Below are positions 1-9,100 of a DNA stretch of 29,999 nt, one piece after another. The notes below the pieces were generated by a model. That model was not told the DNA's origin and searched no databases. It saw nothing but the letters and a program-made list of their open reading frames with translations. A program made the position numbers and the translations under genes. This stretch comes from a virus (taxonomy: Duplodnaviria > Caudoviricetes), in the IMG/VR virus record IMGVR_UViG_3300016722_000081, positions 1 through 29,999 of that record; one strand, given 5' to 3'. How positions within the stretch are numbered: position 1 is the stretch's first letter; each line of letters opens with the position of its first letter.

Positions 1-605
1 AAAGGCCTTCCCCCGGCGAAATTGCCGATGAGCAGCAGCGCGATGATGAACAGCACGCCGTAGCGGCCAAGGTCAAGAAAGCGCCAGGCCAGCCGCTCGG
101 GCAGCAGGCGGGCCAGAATGCTGCTGCCGTCCAGCGGGGGAATGGGGAGCAGGTTGAACGCGCCGATGAGCAGGCTGACGTACACCCCGGCCTCGGCCAT
201 GGTGACGATGGGCACCAGCACGCGCACGGCCAGGCCGTTGGGGTCCTCCACAGGCATTCCCGCCAGGGAGTGGAACAGCGCGGCGCACAGGGCCGCCACC
301 AGGGCGTTGGCCGCCGGACCGGCGAGGGCCACCAGGAACATGCCCGTGCGCGGGTTCTTGAAGTAGCGCGTGTCCACCGGGACCGGGCGGGCCCAGCCGA
401 TGTGCGGCGGCACCAGCATGATGAGAAAGCCGAAGGGATCCAGGTGCCGCGCGGGATTGAGCGAAATGCGTCCGGCCAGCTTGGCCGTGGGGTCGCCCAG
501 CAGACTGGCCGCCAGGCCGTGGGCGGCCTCGTGGCAGGTGATGGTGAGCAGCAGCGGCACAAGCAGGGTCGTGAGTTCACGGAGGTATTGGGCGAGATCG
601 GACAT
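1..605 (-). CDS. Site-2 protease family (M50) membrane zinc metalloprotease, host gene, 3' end outside window
   Basis: Hand translation from ATG at 605: MSDLAQYLRELTTLLVPLLLTITCHEAAHG (HExxH) ... ALAGPAAN ... FNLLPIPPLDG (NxxPxxxLDG). Absent from the ORF track because it runs off the window. Confidence 0.9.
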   Translation of the reverse strand, partial: MSDLAQYLRELTTLLVPLLLTITCHEAAHGLAASLLGDPTAKLAGRISLNPARHLDPFGFLIMLVPPHIGWARPVPVDTRYFKNPRTGMFLVALAGPAANALVAALCAALFHSLAGMPVEDPNGLAVRVLVPIVTMAEAGVYVSLLIGAFNLLPIPPLDGSSILARLLPERLAWRFLDLGRYGVLFIIALLLIGNFAGGRP

Positions 606-1284
606 ATCCCCAGGCGGCTAGCACGAAGCGCCCGCGCGGGCAAGGGGAAAGGCCGCGGGCGCGCCGACCCGCAGGGGCTTTCCGCCCGGATCGTGGGCGG
701 CGCGCCACGGCGGCGGCCACGATGTCGAACGAGAGGCTGAGCGCCGTGACGAAGGAATCCACATGGGTGAGCATGATGTTATCCCGCGCCAGCAGCGCGC
801 CCCGCATGGGGGCCAGGGCGTCGCGCAGGGAGATGAGCGCCGCGCGCTCGGCGGCCTCCGAGGTGTCGGCGTAGCCGCCGGTTTCATCCCAGCCTTTGCG
901 TTCCCGCACCCTGGCGGCGCATACGTCGCGGAAGCCCTGGTTGGTGTAGCCGCCGGGGCCAGCGTTGGGGGGGCCGTCCATGCGCAGCAGGAGATTTTCA
1001 TCAATCCGGCGCGTGTCGTCGTCCTGGTCGTAGCCGCCGCAAGCGGTCAGCGAGCGCAACAGCTCAAGCGTGATGAGCCCTGTTTGGGAGAGCTCGCCCG
1101 CGCGCATGCCTGCATGATAGCGGCCCGGCAGAGGCGTCGTGTAGCCGGATATCCAGGGGCCGTGGTCGCGTCGCAGGGCGTCGAGATCATAATACCAGTG
1201 CGGGCCAAGGCCGAGGGCGTCGCCGATGAACGCTCCGGCGGCCGTGCCGGCCACGCGCTCGGCAAGGGGTGGGGACAGGGGCAT
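577..1284 (-). pseudogene. ADP-ribosylglycohydrolase (DraG/ARH family), apparently C-terminally truncated
   Basis: N-terminus GAFIGDALG is typical of the family. Family-like sequence ends near residue 194, followed by an Arg/Pro/Gly-rich tail overlapping the start of the protease gene. No C-terminal GDxD-type motif is seen. Confidence 0.6.
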
Positions 1285-1350
1285 GCGGATGACCTCTGGG
1301 GAGCGCGGGCAGCGATGCCCCAGGCCCCCTTGAGTGGGGAGGCATTCATT

Positions 1351-1518
1351 TTGGCACTAGATGGAGGGGGAGGGAAACGCCGGGAAAGCCCCGTGGCAGA
1401 ATGCCTTTCGCGGGAACTGCTGCCCCAAGGGCAAATGGCACTGATTGGATGAAAGTAAGATGAAACTGCGCGTATTTCGGCACTGAATTAACGCGAAGTG
1501 AACAAGGTTTGGCGCTAG
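1351..1518 (+). repeat. Repeated TGGCACT-like motifs, candidate transposase end-binding sites
   Basis: ttggcactagatgga (1351), atggcactgattgga (1435), tcggcactga (1477), ttggcgctag (1509). Confidence 0.4.
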
Positions 1519-2324
1519 TATAGCTCCCTGCCAATCCAAACCGCGCGGCCAATGATGCGGATGCCGTCCACCAGGTCGCCGCGCGCGTCAATTTCAAGAG
1601 GCTCGTAGGCCGGGTTGAAGCTCTTGAGGATTATCTTGCCCGGCAGCGTGTCCACCATCTTGATATAGACCACATCTTCAACTCCGATTGCGAACAGTCC
1701 GCCCGCTCGCGGCGTTGTCTGGCTCTGGTCTAACAACACCGTATCATTATTGAAAATCTGCGGTTCCATGCTGTCACCGGCAACGCGCATGAGCACCATC
1801 TTTGACGGCTGGCCTTTCGCGTTGATCCAGTCGCTTCGGAAGGCATACCGCCGCTCCACGCTCGCCCCCGTCTCAAAACTCCCCGTACCCGCCGAAAGCC
1901 GCGCCTCAACCATGGGCACCATGGTGAGCTGGCACTCCATACACTCAATATATTCAGGCTTCACCGCCTCAACAACTGGCGTGAGTGGTGGGGCTGTAAC
2001 CACGACGCGAGAAAGTGGCGCGTCGCATGGTGATCCGCACGTGAACTCCTCAATTCTAGTGCGTGCTGGGTCAAAAATTTCCCCAACGCCAGCGAGAAGC
2101 CAATCAAGCGTGCATCCGAGTGCTCCTGCCAAGGCCACAGCGATTTCACCCTTGGGGTATTGTCCACCCTCATAATTCTGGATGGTGGTAAGACTAACAC
2201 CAACTTTACTTGCCAAAGCCTGCTGTCCAATTCCCGCAAGATCACGGCAGAGACGTACCCTTTCGCCAAAAGAACTTGGCGTCCGGGTTGTTGTACCTTT
2301 CTCGGATTGGGAGTCGGATGCCAT
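1515..2324 (-). CDS. Prophage repressor, XRE HTH plus S24 autopeptidase (CI/LexA-like)
   Basis: HTH QQALASKVGVSLTTIQNYEGG; Ala-Gly site LSAGTG; catalytic Ser in VAGDSMEP and Lys in VYIKMV. ATG 2324 preferred over the ORF-track start at 2393. Confidence 0.92.
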   Translation of the reverse strand: MASDSQSEKGTTTRTPSSFGERVRLCRDLAGIGQQALASKVGVSLTTIQNYEGGQYPKGEIAVALAGALGCTLDWLLAGVGEIFDPARTRIEEFTCGSPCDAPLSRVVVTAPPLTPVVEAVKPEYIECMECQLTMVPMVEARLSAGTGSFETGASVERRYAFRSDWINAKGQPSKMVLMRVAGDSMEPQIFNNDTVLLDQSQTTPRAGGLFAIGVEDVVYIKMVDTLPGKIILKSFNPAYEPLEIDARGDLVDGIRIIGRAVWIGRELY

Positions 2325-2575
2325 ATAAACCCCATGTAGTGCTATTTTGCTTAATAAAATTGTTGAGTTATGTACGATCAATTCAAAAGACAAGAAAAGT
2401 TAAGACGGACGTACTTTTCTTGTTGACTATGCAAAGTTAACTTGGCAAAGATTAATTGTGCCTGGCACAAATGGAATGACACGAAATGACACTAGCCCAG
2501 GCAAAGGCCTTGGTCAACGTCCACCAGCCAGTACAGATCGGACGTAGCCTCACAACCCGAGCGGACGGAAAGACG
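2325..2575. promoter_or_regulatory. Divergent lysis/lysogeny control region with candidate operators
   Basis: AT-rich. Perfect 11-bp inverted repeat acaagaaaagt (2390-2400) / acttttcttgt (2413-2423), palindrome aagttaactt (2434-2443), TTGACT at 2423-2428, tggcac/tgacac repeats at 2463, 2477 and 2487. Confidence 0.65.
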
Positions 2576-3004
2576 ATGCAAAAACAGCTCTCCCTCTTCC
2601 ATGAAGACCATGGAGCCCTTGCGGGTCTTGTCCCGGCCCTTCGCGCGGCCATGAACAGAGCCGCAGGAGCTGACTCTGCGGGCCGCAAGCTTCTTGTGGA
2701 TAAGGTCAACGACATTTCCCGGCAAGCGGGCCTGCGCCTCACCACGGGCAACGCCTTGTCCATCAGCAAAGACACTTTGGACAAATGGCTGGCCCCTTCT
2801 GACCGCGACCATACCCCGTCGCTCCTCGCGGTGGTGGTGTTCTGCGTGGCGACCCGCGACCCCGCGCCATTGCAGATGATTCTCCGGGCCATCGGCCTGG
2901 ACGTGATGACTGAAGAAGACCGGCGACACCGCGACTACGGCAAGGCTTGTCTCGCCGAACGTGAGGCGCGCCGTCGCAAGAAAATTTTGGAGGACAGCAT
3001 ATGA
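2576..3004 (+). CDS. Phage regulatory protein, CII-like
   Basis: First early gene; TLDKWLAPSDRDHTPSL...FC..T.DPAPL resembles phage CII-family regulators. ATG 2576 preferred; 2486 is possible. Confidence 0.55.
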   Translation: MQKQLSLFHEDHGALAGLVPALRAAMNRAAGADSAGRKLLVDKVNDISRQAGLRLTTGNALSISKDTLDKWLAPSDRDHTPSLLAVVVFCVATRDPAPLQMILRAIGLDVMTEEDRRHRDYGKACLAEREARRRKKILEDSI

Positions 3005-3237
3005 GCTATCGCATGGGGAGCGGGAAGGACCGTAAGTCCTGGCGCATCATCGAGTGGATGAAGGAAAAGAAGCTTTCCGTCGGCGGAATCGCCGATGAAC
3101 TTGGAGTGGACCACTCTCTTGTGTCCCACACCATCCACGGCAGGCGCAACAGCCGTGCGGTGCTTGCGAAGCTCAAGGCATACGGTTGCCCTCCCAGCAT
3201 TTTGAGTCTGCCAGCGGACTTGAAAGAGGCTGCGTAA
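3001..3237 (+). CDS. Ner/Cro-like HTH DNA-binding protein
   Basis: 78 aa, HTH SVGGIADELGVDHSLVSHTIHG, immediately upstream of the transposase, ATGA overlap. Confidence 0.8.
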   Translation: MSYRMGSGKDRKSWRIIEWMKEKKLSVGGIADELGVDHSLVSHTIHGRRNSRAVLAKLKAYGCPPSILSLPADLKEAA

Positions 3238-5441
3238 TGTCTGCCCAGGGGGCATATTCTAGCGCGGAACTCGCACCATTGCTTGGCATTGACGCTAGAA
3301 ATGTGAGGGAGCGCGCCAAGCGCGAAAGCTGGCAGGGTCGCCCGCGCCATGCTCGCGGCGGCGGCAGTGAATGGCTGCTGGCGTCCATGCCGAAGGCCAC
3401 GCAAGACGCCATCATCGCCGCCCAACTGGCCGAGCAGGGCGTGGCGCTTGCGCCCGCTCCGGCCGCCGACCCGCGCGCGGCCATTGCCTCACGCGCGGCC
3501 GACCTCTCGGGCCTCACCGCGCCCCAGCGTGAAGCCGTGCTCGCCCGGCTGGCCTTCGTGCGCGAGGTGGAGCGCATGTGCGCGTACACCGGCAAGGAGT
3601 CCGCCATCCGCCACCTGGTGCAGGCCTCCAAAACCGGCAACCTTGGCGCGCGCCTGTCGCAGTTGGTGCCTGTGGCCAACGCCCGCTACGGCGCGGGCGA
3701 ACAGCGCGGGCTGACGCGCCGCAGCCTGTACAGATGGTGCGCCGATTATGCCGAGGGCGGCGAGCTGGCGCTTGCGCCGCGAGCCCCGCAAAAGAACATG
3801 GGCGTGCCCGCCTGGGCTCCGCTTTTCCTTTCCTTTTACCAGCGCCCGCAAAACCCCAGCCTGGCCGAGGCGCACCGTGACTTCGCGCGCGCCTGGCAGG
3901 CCGAGCAGCCCAGTCGCGCCCCGTCCATAGACGCCGTGCGCCGCTTCCTGGCCAAGGTGGCCACGCCGGATTTGCAGGCTGGCCGCAAGACGGGCAACGC
4001 CCTTTTGCACCTCCAGCCGCACAAAAAGCGCAAGACGGACAACCTGTTGCCCGGCGACGTGTACACGGCGGACGGCACCACTTTTGACGCCGAGATAGCC
4101 CACCCGGACACGGGCCGCCCTTTCAAGCCGGAGGTGGTGGCCTTCCTCGACGTGGCCACACGGCGCTGCGTGGGCATTTCCGTAGCCCTGGCCGAAAGCG
4201 CCGCCGCCACCCTGGACGCCCTGCGCATGGCCTGCCTGTTCGGCGGCATTCCCGCCATGCTCTACACCGACAACGGCCCCGGCTACACGGCGGACATGCT
4301 GACCCGGCCCGGCTCCGGCATGCTCTCGCGCCTGGGCATCCAGATTGCCAACGCCATTCCGGGGCGTCCGCAGGGCAAGGGCCTCATGGAGCGGGCCATC
4401 AAGACGCTGTGCGTGCCCGCCGCCAAGAAGCTGGCCACCTGCACGCATGCGGACATGGACGAGGACGCGGCGCACAAGGTGTTCAAAATCACCCGCGCGC
4501 AGATCAAGAAGCACGGCCGCTCGGCGCTGCTGCCCACTTTCGAGCAGTTCAAGGCCGTGCTGCTGGCCCGTGTGGAGGAATACAACGCCAGCCCGCACCG
4601 CGCCCTGCCCATCATAGAGGACGCGGCCGCCGCAAAGCGCCGCCACATGAGCCCGAACGAATACTGGAACCACTGCCTGGGCCGCGTGTTCGAGCCCATG
4701 CCCGTGCCCGAGGACATGATCGACGACCTCTTCATGCCCGGCACCTTCCGCAAGGTGCAAAACGGCATGGTGCGCCTGTGGAACCACGACTACTTCGCGC
4801 ACGCCCTGGCCCCCCTGCACGGCGACATCGTGGAAGTGCGCTACGACATTTGGGATTCCACCTACGTCACGGTCTGGACGGAGCACGGCGAGAAGATTTG
4901 CCGCGCCGAGCTGGACGGCAACGCCATGGATTACTTCCCCATTTCGCGCATAGAGGACGCGCGGGCCAAGCGCGAGCGCGCCCAGCTCAAGCGGCTGGAG
5001 GCCAAGGCCCAGCGCATCGCCCCCGGCGCGTCCATTTCCGCGCCGGAACAGGCACAGGACCAGGCCCCGGCCCTTATGGCGGACAGCTTGAGCAGCCGCC
5101 AGTGCATCACTATCACCGCCCAGCCGGAGCCCGTTCCCGCCGCCACCAGCAGCGAAGACCTGGCGCGCATCCGCGCCGTCATGGACGAGGCCGCGCGCGA
5201 GGCGGAAGCCGCCGCCGCGCCCCGGCCCGAGCCTGAAAAGCGGCCGCTCTTCCACCTTTCCACCGAGAAATACCGCTGGCTTATGCGCCACCAGGACCAA
5301 TGGACGGACGCCGACCGCGCCTGGCTGGCCGAATACGCGCAAAGCAACGAATTCGCGCTTTTGCGCGAACGCTACGAATACGAGGGCCTTGTCCTCACCC
5401 CGGCGCAACTTTTCCCGGCGTTAGAAACCCCGAGCCTTTGA
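3237..5441 (+). CDS. Mu-type DDE transposase (MuA-like)
   Basis: N-terminal Mu-type DNA-binding region; DDE residues in YTADGT, YTDNGPGY and KGLMER; C-terminal VEVRYDIWD. TAATG coupling to the upstream gene. Confidence 0.95.
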   Translation: MSAQGAYSSAELAPLLGIDARNVRERAKRESWQGRPRHARGGGSEWLLASMPKATQDAIIAAQLAEQGVALAPAPAADPRAAIASRAADLSGLTAPQREAVLARLAFVREVERMCAYTGKESAIRHLVQASKTGNLGARLSQLVPVANARYGAGEQRGLTRRSLYRWCADYAEGGELALAPRAPQKNMGVPAWAPLFLSFYQRPQNPSLAEAHRDFARAWQAEQPSRAPSIDAVRRFLAKVATPDLQAGRKTGNALLHLQPHKKRKTDNLLPGDVYTADGTTFDAEIAHPDTGRPFKPEVVAFLDVATRRCVGISVALAESAAATLDALRMACLFGGIPAMLYTDNGPGYTADMLTRPGSGMLSRLGIQIANAIPGRPQGKGLMERAIKTLCVPAAKKLATCTHADMDEDAAHKVFKITRAQIKKHGRSALLPTFEQFKAVLLARVEEYNASPHRALPIIEDAAAAKRRHMSPNEYWNHCLGRVFEPMPVPEDMIDDLFMPGTFRKVQNGMVRLWNHDYFAHALAPLHGDIVEVRYDIWDSTYVTVWTEHGEKICRAELDGNAMDYFPISRIEDARAKRERAQLKRLEAKAQRIAPGASISAPEQAQDQAPALMADSLSSRQCITITAQPEPVPAATSSEDLARIRAVMDEAAREAEAAAAPRPEPEKRPLFHLSTEKYRWLMRHQDQWTDADRAWLAEYAQSNEFALLRERYEYEGLVLTPAQLFPALETPSL

Positions 5442-5464
5442 TCACAACTAACGGGAGGCAGGCA

Positions 5465-6211
5465 GTGCGCAAACTCTTTGTGCGGACAAGCAATTACGAA
5501 CGGTTTTCGGCGGCGGTGACGGCCGTGGAGAATCGCGGCGCGGCCGAGGCTGGCATGATGCTGGTTTACGGCCAGCCCGGCTACGGCAAAAGCGAGGTGC
5601 TCACCAGCTGGGCGGTGGATTGCGGCGCGGTGTTCCTGCGCGCCAATGTTGACTGGACCCCGCGCTACTTCCTCGTGGAACTGGCCAAGGCCTTGGCAGT
5701 GGACCCGCGCGGCACCAGTGAGCAGCTGTTCAACCGCTTGCTTGCCGTCATCGCCACCCAGCAAATCCCGCTGGTCATCGATGAGGCCGAGGCCACGCTC
5801 AAGGACCACGCGGCCGTGCTGGAGAAGATACGCGACTTTAGCGACCGCACCGAAACCATGGTGGCGCTGGTGGGCATGGAGGCCATTCAAACGGCCATCG
5901 CCAAATACCCGCAAATTTCCAGCCGCATTGCACAGGTGGTGGAGTTTTCGCCCGCCAGCCTGGAGGACGTGGCGCTTGCCTGCCAGCAGCTTTGCGAGGT
6001 GCGCATCGCCCCGGACCTGGTGGCCGAGATCCACCGGCAGACGGCCGGGCGCATGCGCGAGGTGATGAACGCCATCGCCACGGTTGAGCGCGTGGGCAAG
6101 ATGAACGGCCTGGAAGCGGTGGACGTGCCCGCCGTGGAAGGCATGACGCTTACCCACGACTGGCGGGCGCGCCGCCCGCGCGTGGTCGGCAAGGCCAAGA
6201 GGGCCGCCTAA
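5465..6211 (+). CDS. MuB-like AAA+ ATPase (transposition target activator)
   Basis: Walker A GQPGYGKS, Walker B LVIDEAE. GTG 5465 preceded by GGGAGG. Confidence 0.92.
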   Translation: MRKLFVRTSNYERFSAAVTAVENRGAAEAGMMLVYGQPGYGKSEVLTSWAVDCGAVFLRANVDWTPRYFLVELAKALAVDPRGTSEQLFNRLLAVIATQQIPLVIDEAEATLKDHAAVLEKIRDFSDRTETMVALVGMEAIQTAIAKYPQISSRIAQVVEFSPASLEDVALACQQLCEVRIAPDLVAEIHRQTAGRMREVMNAIATVERVGKMNGLEAVDVPAVEGMTLTHDWRARRPRVVGKAKRAA

Positions 6212-6783
6212 TGGCCTGGCGCGGACTTGAAGTGCTGGGCCTTCTGGCGGACGGGCAGAAGCTCACCTTTGAGCTGGCGAACGCGGTCGGCATTAGTAAT
6301 GCCCTCGTGCGCAAGGCATGCTCCAAGCTCGCGGGCAAAGGCCTTATCCGCAGCGGCGGGGATGTGCATGAGCTGACCGATGCTGGACGTGAGGCGCTGT
6401 CCGGTGGGCGCAATGCGGTTTCCGGCCCAGGCAAGGGCGGCTGCGTGGAGCGTTACAAGGGCAGCATGAGGGCCAAGGCGTGGCGAGCGCTGCGCATACG
6501 CCGCAAGGCCAGCGTGGAGGACCTGCTGCCGCTGGTGCTTGGGCAGGCGGCCACACCAATGGACGAAGCCAACGCCCGCGCAAGCCTGGACCGCTATCTC
6601 TCCGCGTTGGCCAAGTCCGGCCATCTGACCGAACTGCCCTCGCGCGGCGGTCCTGCACGTTGGATTCTCACTAACGACACCGGCCCGTGCGCCCCGGCCT
6701 GGAACAATTCCCAGCGCACCGTGACGGACCCCAACACCGGCGAGGTTCACGCCCTGCCGTCCAGGGAGGCCGACCATGCCTAG
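6211..6783 (+). CDS. Hypothetical phage protein, probable winged-helix DNA-binding
   Basis: TAATG coupling; LTFELANAVGISNALVRKACSKL is HTH-like. Confidence 0.65.
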   Translation: MAWRGLEVLGLLADGQKLTFELANAVGISNALVRKACSKLAGKGLIRSGGDVHELTDAGREALSGGRNAVSGPGKGGCVERYKGSMRAKAWRALRIRRKASVEDLLPLVLGQAATPMDEANARASLDRYLSALAKSGHLTELPSRGGPARWILTNDTGPCAPAWNNSQRTVTDPNTGEVHALPSREADHA

Positions 6784-7114
6784 CGGCGATTGGCTGACCC
6801 TCCTGCGCCAGGCCGTGGCGGACTCCAGCAAGGCCACCGTCGCGGCGGAGCTGGGCGTCTCCCGCCCGGCGGTCAGCCTGCTGTTGCTCGAAAAATACCC
6901 CGGCAAAACCGACCGCATGGCCGCCCGGATATTGGAGCGCTACGCCCGCATGGATTGCCCGCACACGGGCAAGAGCGTGACGCCGGACCATTGCCGCAAG
7001 TTCTGCGGCCAGGTGCCCACGGCAAGCCCCGCCGCCCTGCGGCAGTGGCGCGCCTGCCGGGCCTGCCCCAACAACCCAAACGCCAACCCCAACCAAAAGG
7101 AGCACGCCGCATGA
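6776..7114 (+). CDS. HTH protein with Cys-rich C-terminus
   Basis: SKATVAAELGVSRPAVSLLL HTH; CPH...C...CRAC; SD GGGAGG. Confidence 0.7.
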   Translation: MPSGDWLTLLRQAVADSSKATVAAELGVSRPAVSLLLLEKYPGKTDRMAARILERYARMDCPHTGKSVTPDHCRKFCGQVPTASPAALRQWRACRACPNNPNANPNQKEHAA

Positions 7115-7308
7115 TTGCCGAGACGATTACCAACGTCGCCACCGTACTGGACGATCTGCGCCAGCATGCCGCCCCGGAAGAGGCGGAAGTGATGCGCCAG
7201 GCCTGCATCGTGCTGCGCGCCGCAGCCGAGGACGCGCGCAACTTTGAAACCCTGCTGCTCATCGCCGGAACCGGCGAGGAGAGCAGCGCAACGCCTGCGG
7301 CTGCGTAG
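7111..7308 (+). CDS. Hypothetical phage protein (65 aa)
   Basis: SD AAGGAG and ATGA overlap; C-terminal part of track ORF 6790..7308. Confidence 0.7.
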   Translation: MIAETITNVATVLDDLRQHAAPEEAEVMRQACIVLRAAAEDARNFETLLLIAGTGEESSATPAAA

Positions 7309-7325
7309 GCAAGGAGAACACGCAC

Positions 7326-7847
7326 ATGGCCACCAGAACCAAGCCCCAGCCCCTCATTATCGGCGACCTGCCGCAGGCCGACGAAGCCCTGCGCCAGTTG
7401 GCGGAAATCGCCCGCGAGCAGGAGCGCATCGAAAACGGCCTGAATGACCAGATTGACCAGCTCAAGGCCGCCGCCAAGGCCCAGCTTGCCCCGCTTTCCG
7501 CCTCGCGCAAGCGCCTGGAGGACGCCCTGGCCGTGTTCGGCACCCAGCGCAAGGCGGACCTCTTCCCCGAGAACAAGAAGCGCAGCCAGGAGCTTACCTT
7601 CGGCACCATCGGCTTTCGCAAGTCCAACAGCCTGCGCCTGCTGGCCAAGCACACCTGGGCGCAAGTGCTCCAGCGTTTGCAGGACCTGGGCTTCAAGGAG
7701 GGCGTGCGCACCAAGCTGGAGGTGGACAAGGACGCCCTGCGCGGCTGGCCCGACGGCAAGCTGGAGGACGTGGGCGTGAAGCGCGAAACCACGGACGAAT
7801 TCTTCATTGAATTGAAGGCCGAAGAGCTGGCGGACAAGGCCGCCTAG
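7326..7847 (+). CDS. gam: Host-nuclease inhibitor Gam family protein
   Basis: Coiled-coil N-terminus, LTFGTIGFRKS and VRTKLEVDKDAL motifs; Mu early-region position. Confidence 0.85.
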   Translation: MATRTKPQPLIIGDLPQADEALRQLAEIAREQERIENGLNDQIDQLKAAAKAQLAPLSASRKRLEDALAVFGTQRKADLFPENKKRSQELTFGTIGFRKSNSLRLLAKHTWAQVLQRLQDLGFKEGVRTKLEVDKDALRGWPDGKLEDVGVKRETTDEFFIELKAEELADKAA

Positions 7848-7851
7848 CACA

Positions 7852-7921
7852 TGCGAAACCGCCCCCCGGCACACGGGGCGCGGTCGGCCGGGCGTGGTGG
7901 CCCGGCCCTGATGAGCAGCCA
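7852..7921 (+). ncRNA. Type II hammerhead ribozyme, copy 1 (predicted cut after C7885)
   Basis: UGC-GAAA; stem III ACCGC/GCGGU plus CCCCG/CGGGG; GUC; stem I GGCCGGGC/GCCCGGCC; CUGAUGA (7908-7914); GCA closes stem II; loop UGGU can pair with 3' GCCA. Confidence 0.9.
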
Positions 7922-7933
7922 AACGGAGGCACC

Positions 7934-8371
7934 ATGAAGACCGAATCGCGCCGCAGCTTGCTTGCCAAGGTGCATATAGCCGCCAAAGCCCTGGGCCTGG
8001 AGGATGACGCCTACCGCGACATGCTGGAGGCCCTCACCGGCCAACGCTCGGCCGGGAAGCTCACCGACAAGCAACTGGTGCTGGTCATTACCGCCCTGCG
8101 CAACAAAGGCTGGGTGGACGAGGACCCGCGCCCGGCCCGCAAAAAGCCTACCCCCCGCGCCACGCCGGGCACCGCGCCCTTGCTGGACAAAATAGGCGCG
8201 CTGCTGGCCGATGCCGGGCGGCCCTGGGCCTACGCCGTGGGCCTGGCCGCGCGCATGTACAAGGTGGAGCGCCTGGAATGGGCCAAGGCCGAGCAGCTGC
8301 GCGGCATTGTGGCCGCGTTGGTGAAGGACGCCAAGCGCCGCGCGCAAAAGGAGCAGGAGGTGCCCGCATGA
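7934..8371 (+). CDS. gemA: Regulatory protein GemA (Mu gp16 / DUF1018 family)
   Basis: LLAKVHIAAKALGLEDDAYRDML...TGQRSA..LT...L signature. Confidence 0.88.
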   Translation: MKTESRRSLLAKVHIAAKALGLEDDAYRDMLEALTGQRSAGKLTDKQLVLVITALRNKGWVDEDPRPARKKPTPRATPGTAPLLDKIGALLADAGRPWAYAVGLAARMYKVERLEWAKAEQLRGIVAALVKDAKRRAQKEQEVPA

Positions 8372-8832
8372 TGCCGCCGAACCCGCAATTTGAGCAGCTG
8401 GACCTTGCAAGCCTGCCCGCCACCGCGCGCGACATGGCCCAGGCCATTGGCCTGCGCAAGGCGTTGCGCCTGGTGGAAGTGCTGGGCGGCACCACGTTTC
8501 CCGTGCCCAAGCGCGAAACCAAGCTGGGCGAAATGCGCTTTGCCGTGTTGGCGGGCGTGGTGGGTGTGGACGCGGCCGAGGTGCTGGTGCGGCGCTACGG
8601 CAGCACGGACCTGTACATTCCCCGGTGCGCGGACGCCCTGCGCCGCGTGCGCGATACGGCCATTTGCCGCGAGTATGACCGGCTCATTCAGACCATGAGC
8701 GGCAACCAGGCTGTGCAGCGCCTGGCGCGCGCCAATAGCCTGTGTGACCGCCGCATATTCGACATCCTGAAGCAAACGCCTGTGCCCACCTTGAACGTGG
8801 GCGGGACGGGGCAGCTGCGGCTGCTGGCCTAA
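8368..8832 (+). CDS. Mor/C family transcription activator
   Basis: LVEVLGGTTFPVPK, YGSTDLYIPRC, C-terminal HTH VQRLARANSLCDRRIFDILK; ATGA overlap with gemA. Confidence 0.85.
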   Translation: MMPPNPQFEQLDLASLPATARDMAQAIGLRKALRLVEVLGGTTFPVPKRETKLGEMRFAVLAGVVGVDAAEVLVRRYGSTDLYIPRCADALRRVRDTAICREYDRLIQTMSGNQAVQRLARANSLCDRRIFDILKQTPVPTLNVGGTGQLRLLA

Positions 8833-8837
8833 GTCAA

Positions 8838-8897
8838 GCGAAACCGCCCACGCGGGCGGTCGCCGGGGTGTGGTTGCTCCGGCCTGATGAGCAGCCA
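8838..8897 (+). ncRNA. Type II hammerhead ribozyme, copy 2 (predicted cut after C8861)
   Basis: GC-GAAA; stem III ACCGCCC/GGGCGGU; GUC; stem I GCCGGGGU/GCUCCGGC with two G-U pairs; CUGAUGA (8884-8890); GC; loop UGGUU can pair with AGCCA. Confidence 0.92.
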
Positions 8898-8914
8898 AAA
8901 GGAGGAACGAGGGT

Positions 8915-9100
8915 ATGGGAAAGGTGACAATCACGCTTCAGGACGTGAAGGACGGGGACTGCCGTGTCACGGCTAAATTCACCCCGGCCCCTAAAGAGGG
9001 GAAAGCCCTGACCAACGCGCAGTGGTCAGCGATGTGGATGATGAACGGCCTCAACGAGAAATTGCGCAAAGAACCCCTTTTCAAAGAGGCCCATAAATAA
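8915..9100 (+). CDS. Hypothetical 61-aa protein flanked by two hammerheads
   Basis: SD AAGGAGG; fills the space between ribozyme copies 2 and 3. Confidence 0.75.
   Translation: MGKVTITLQDVKDGDCRVTAKFTPAPKEGKALTNAQWSAMWMMNGLNEKLRKEPLFKEAHK

Noticed and set aside
1352-2475. TGGCAC motifs as sigma54 promoters
   Set aside because: None has the -12 TTGC five bases downstream (followed by GGAG, GGAT and GAAT).
3489-5408. Long minus-strand ORFs (639 aa here; also 16915..18450, 23440..25047, 25357..26931)
   Set aside because: Antisense shadows of GC-rich, codon-biased phage genes, with no recognisable motifs.
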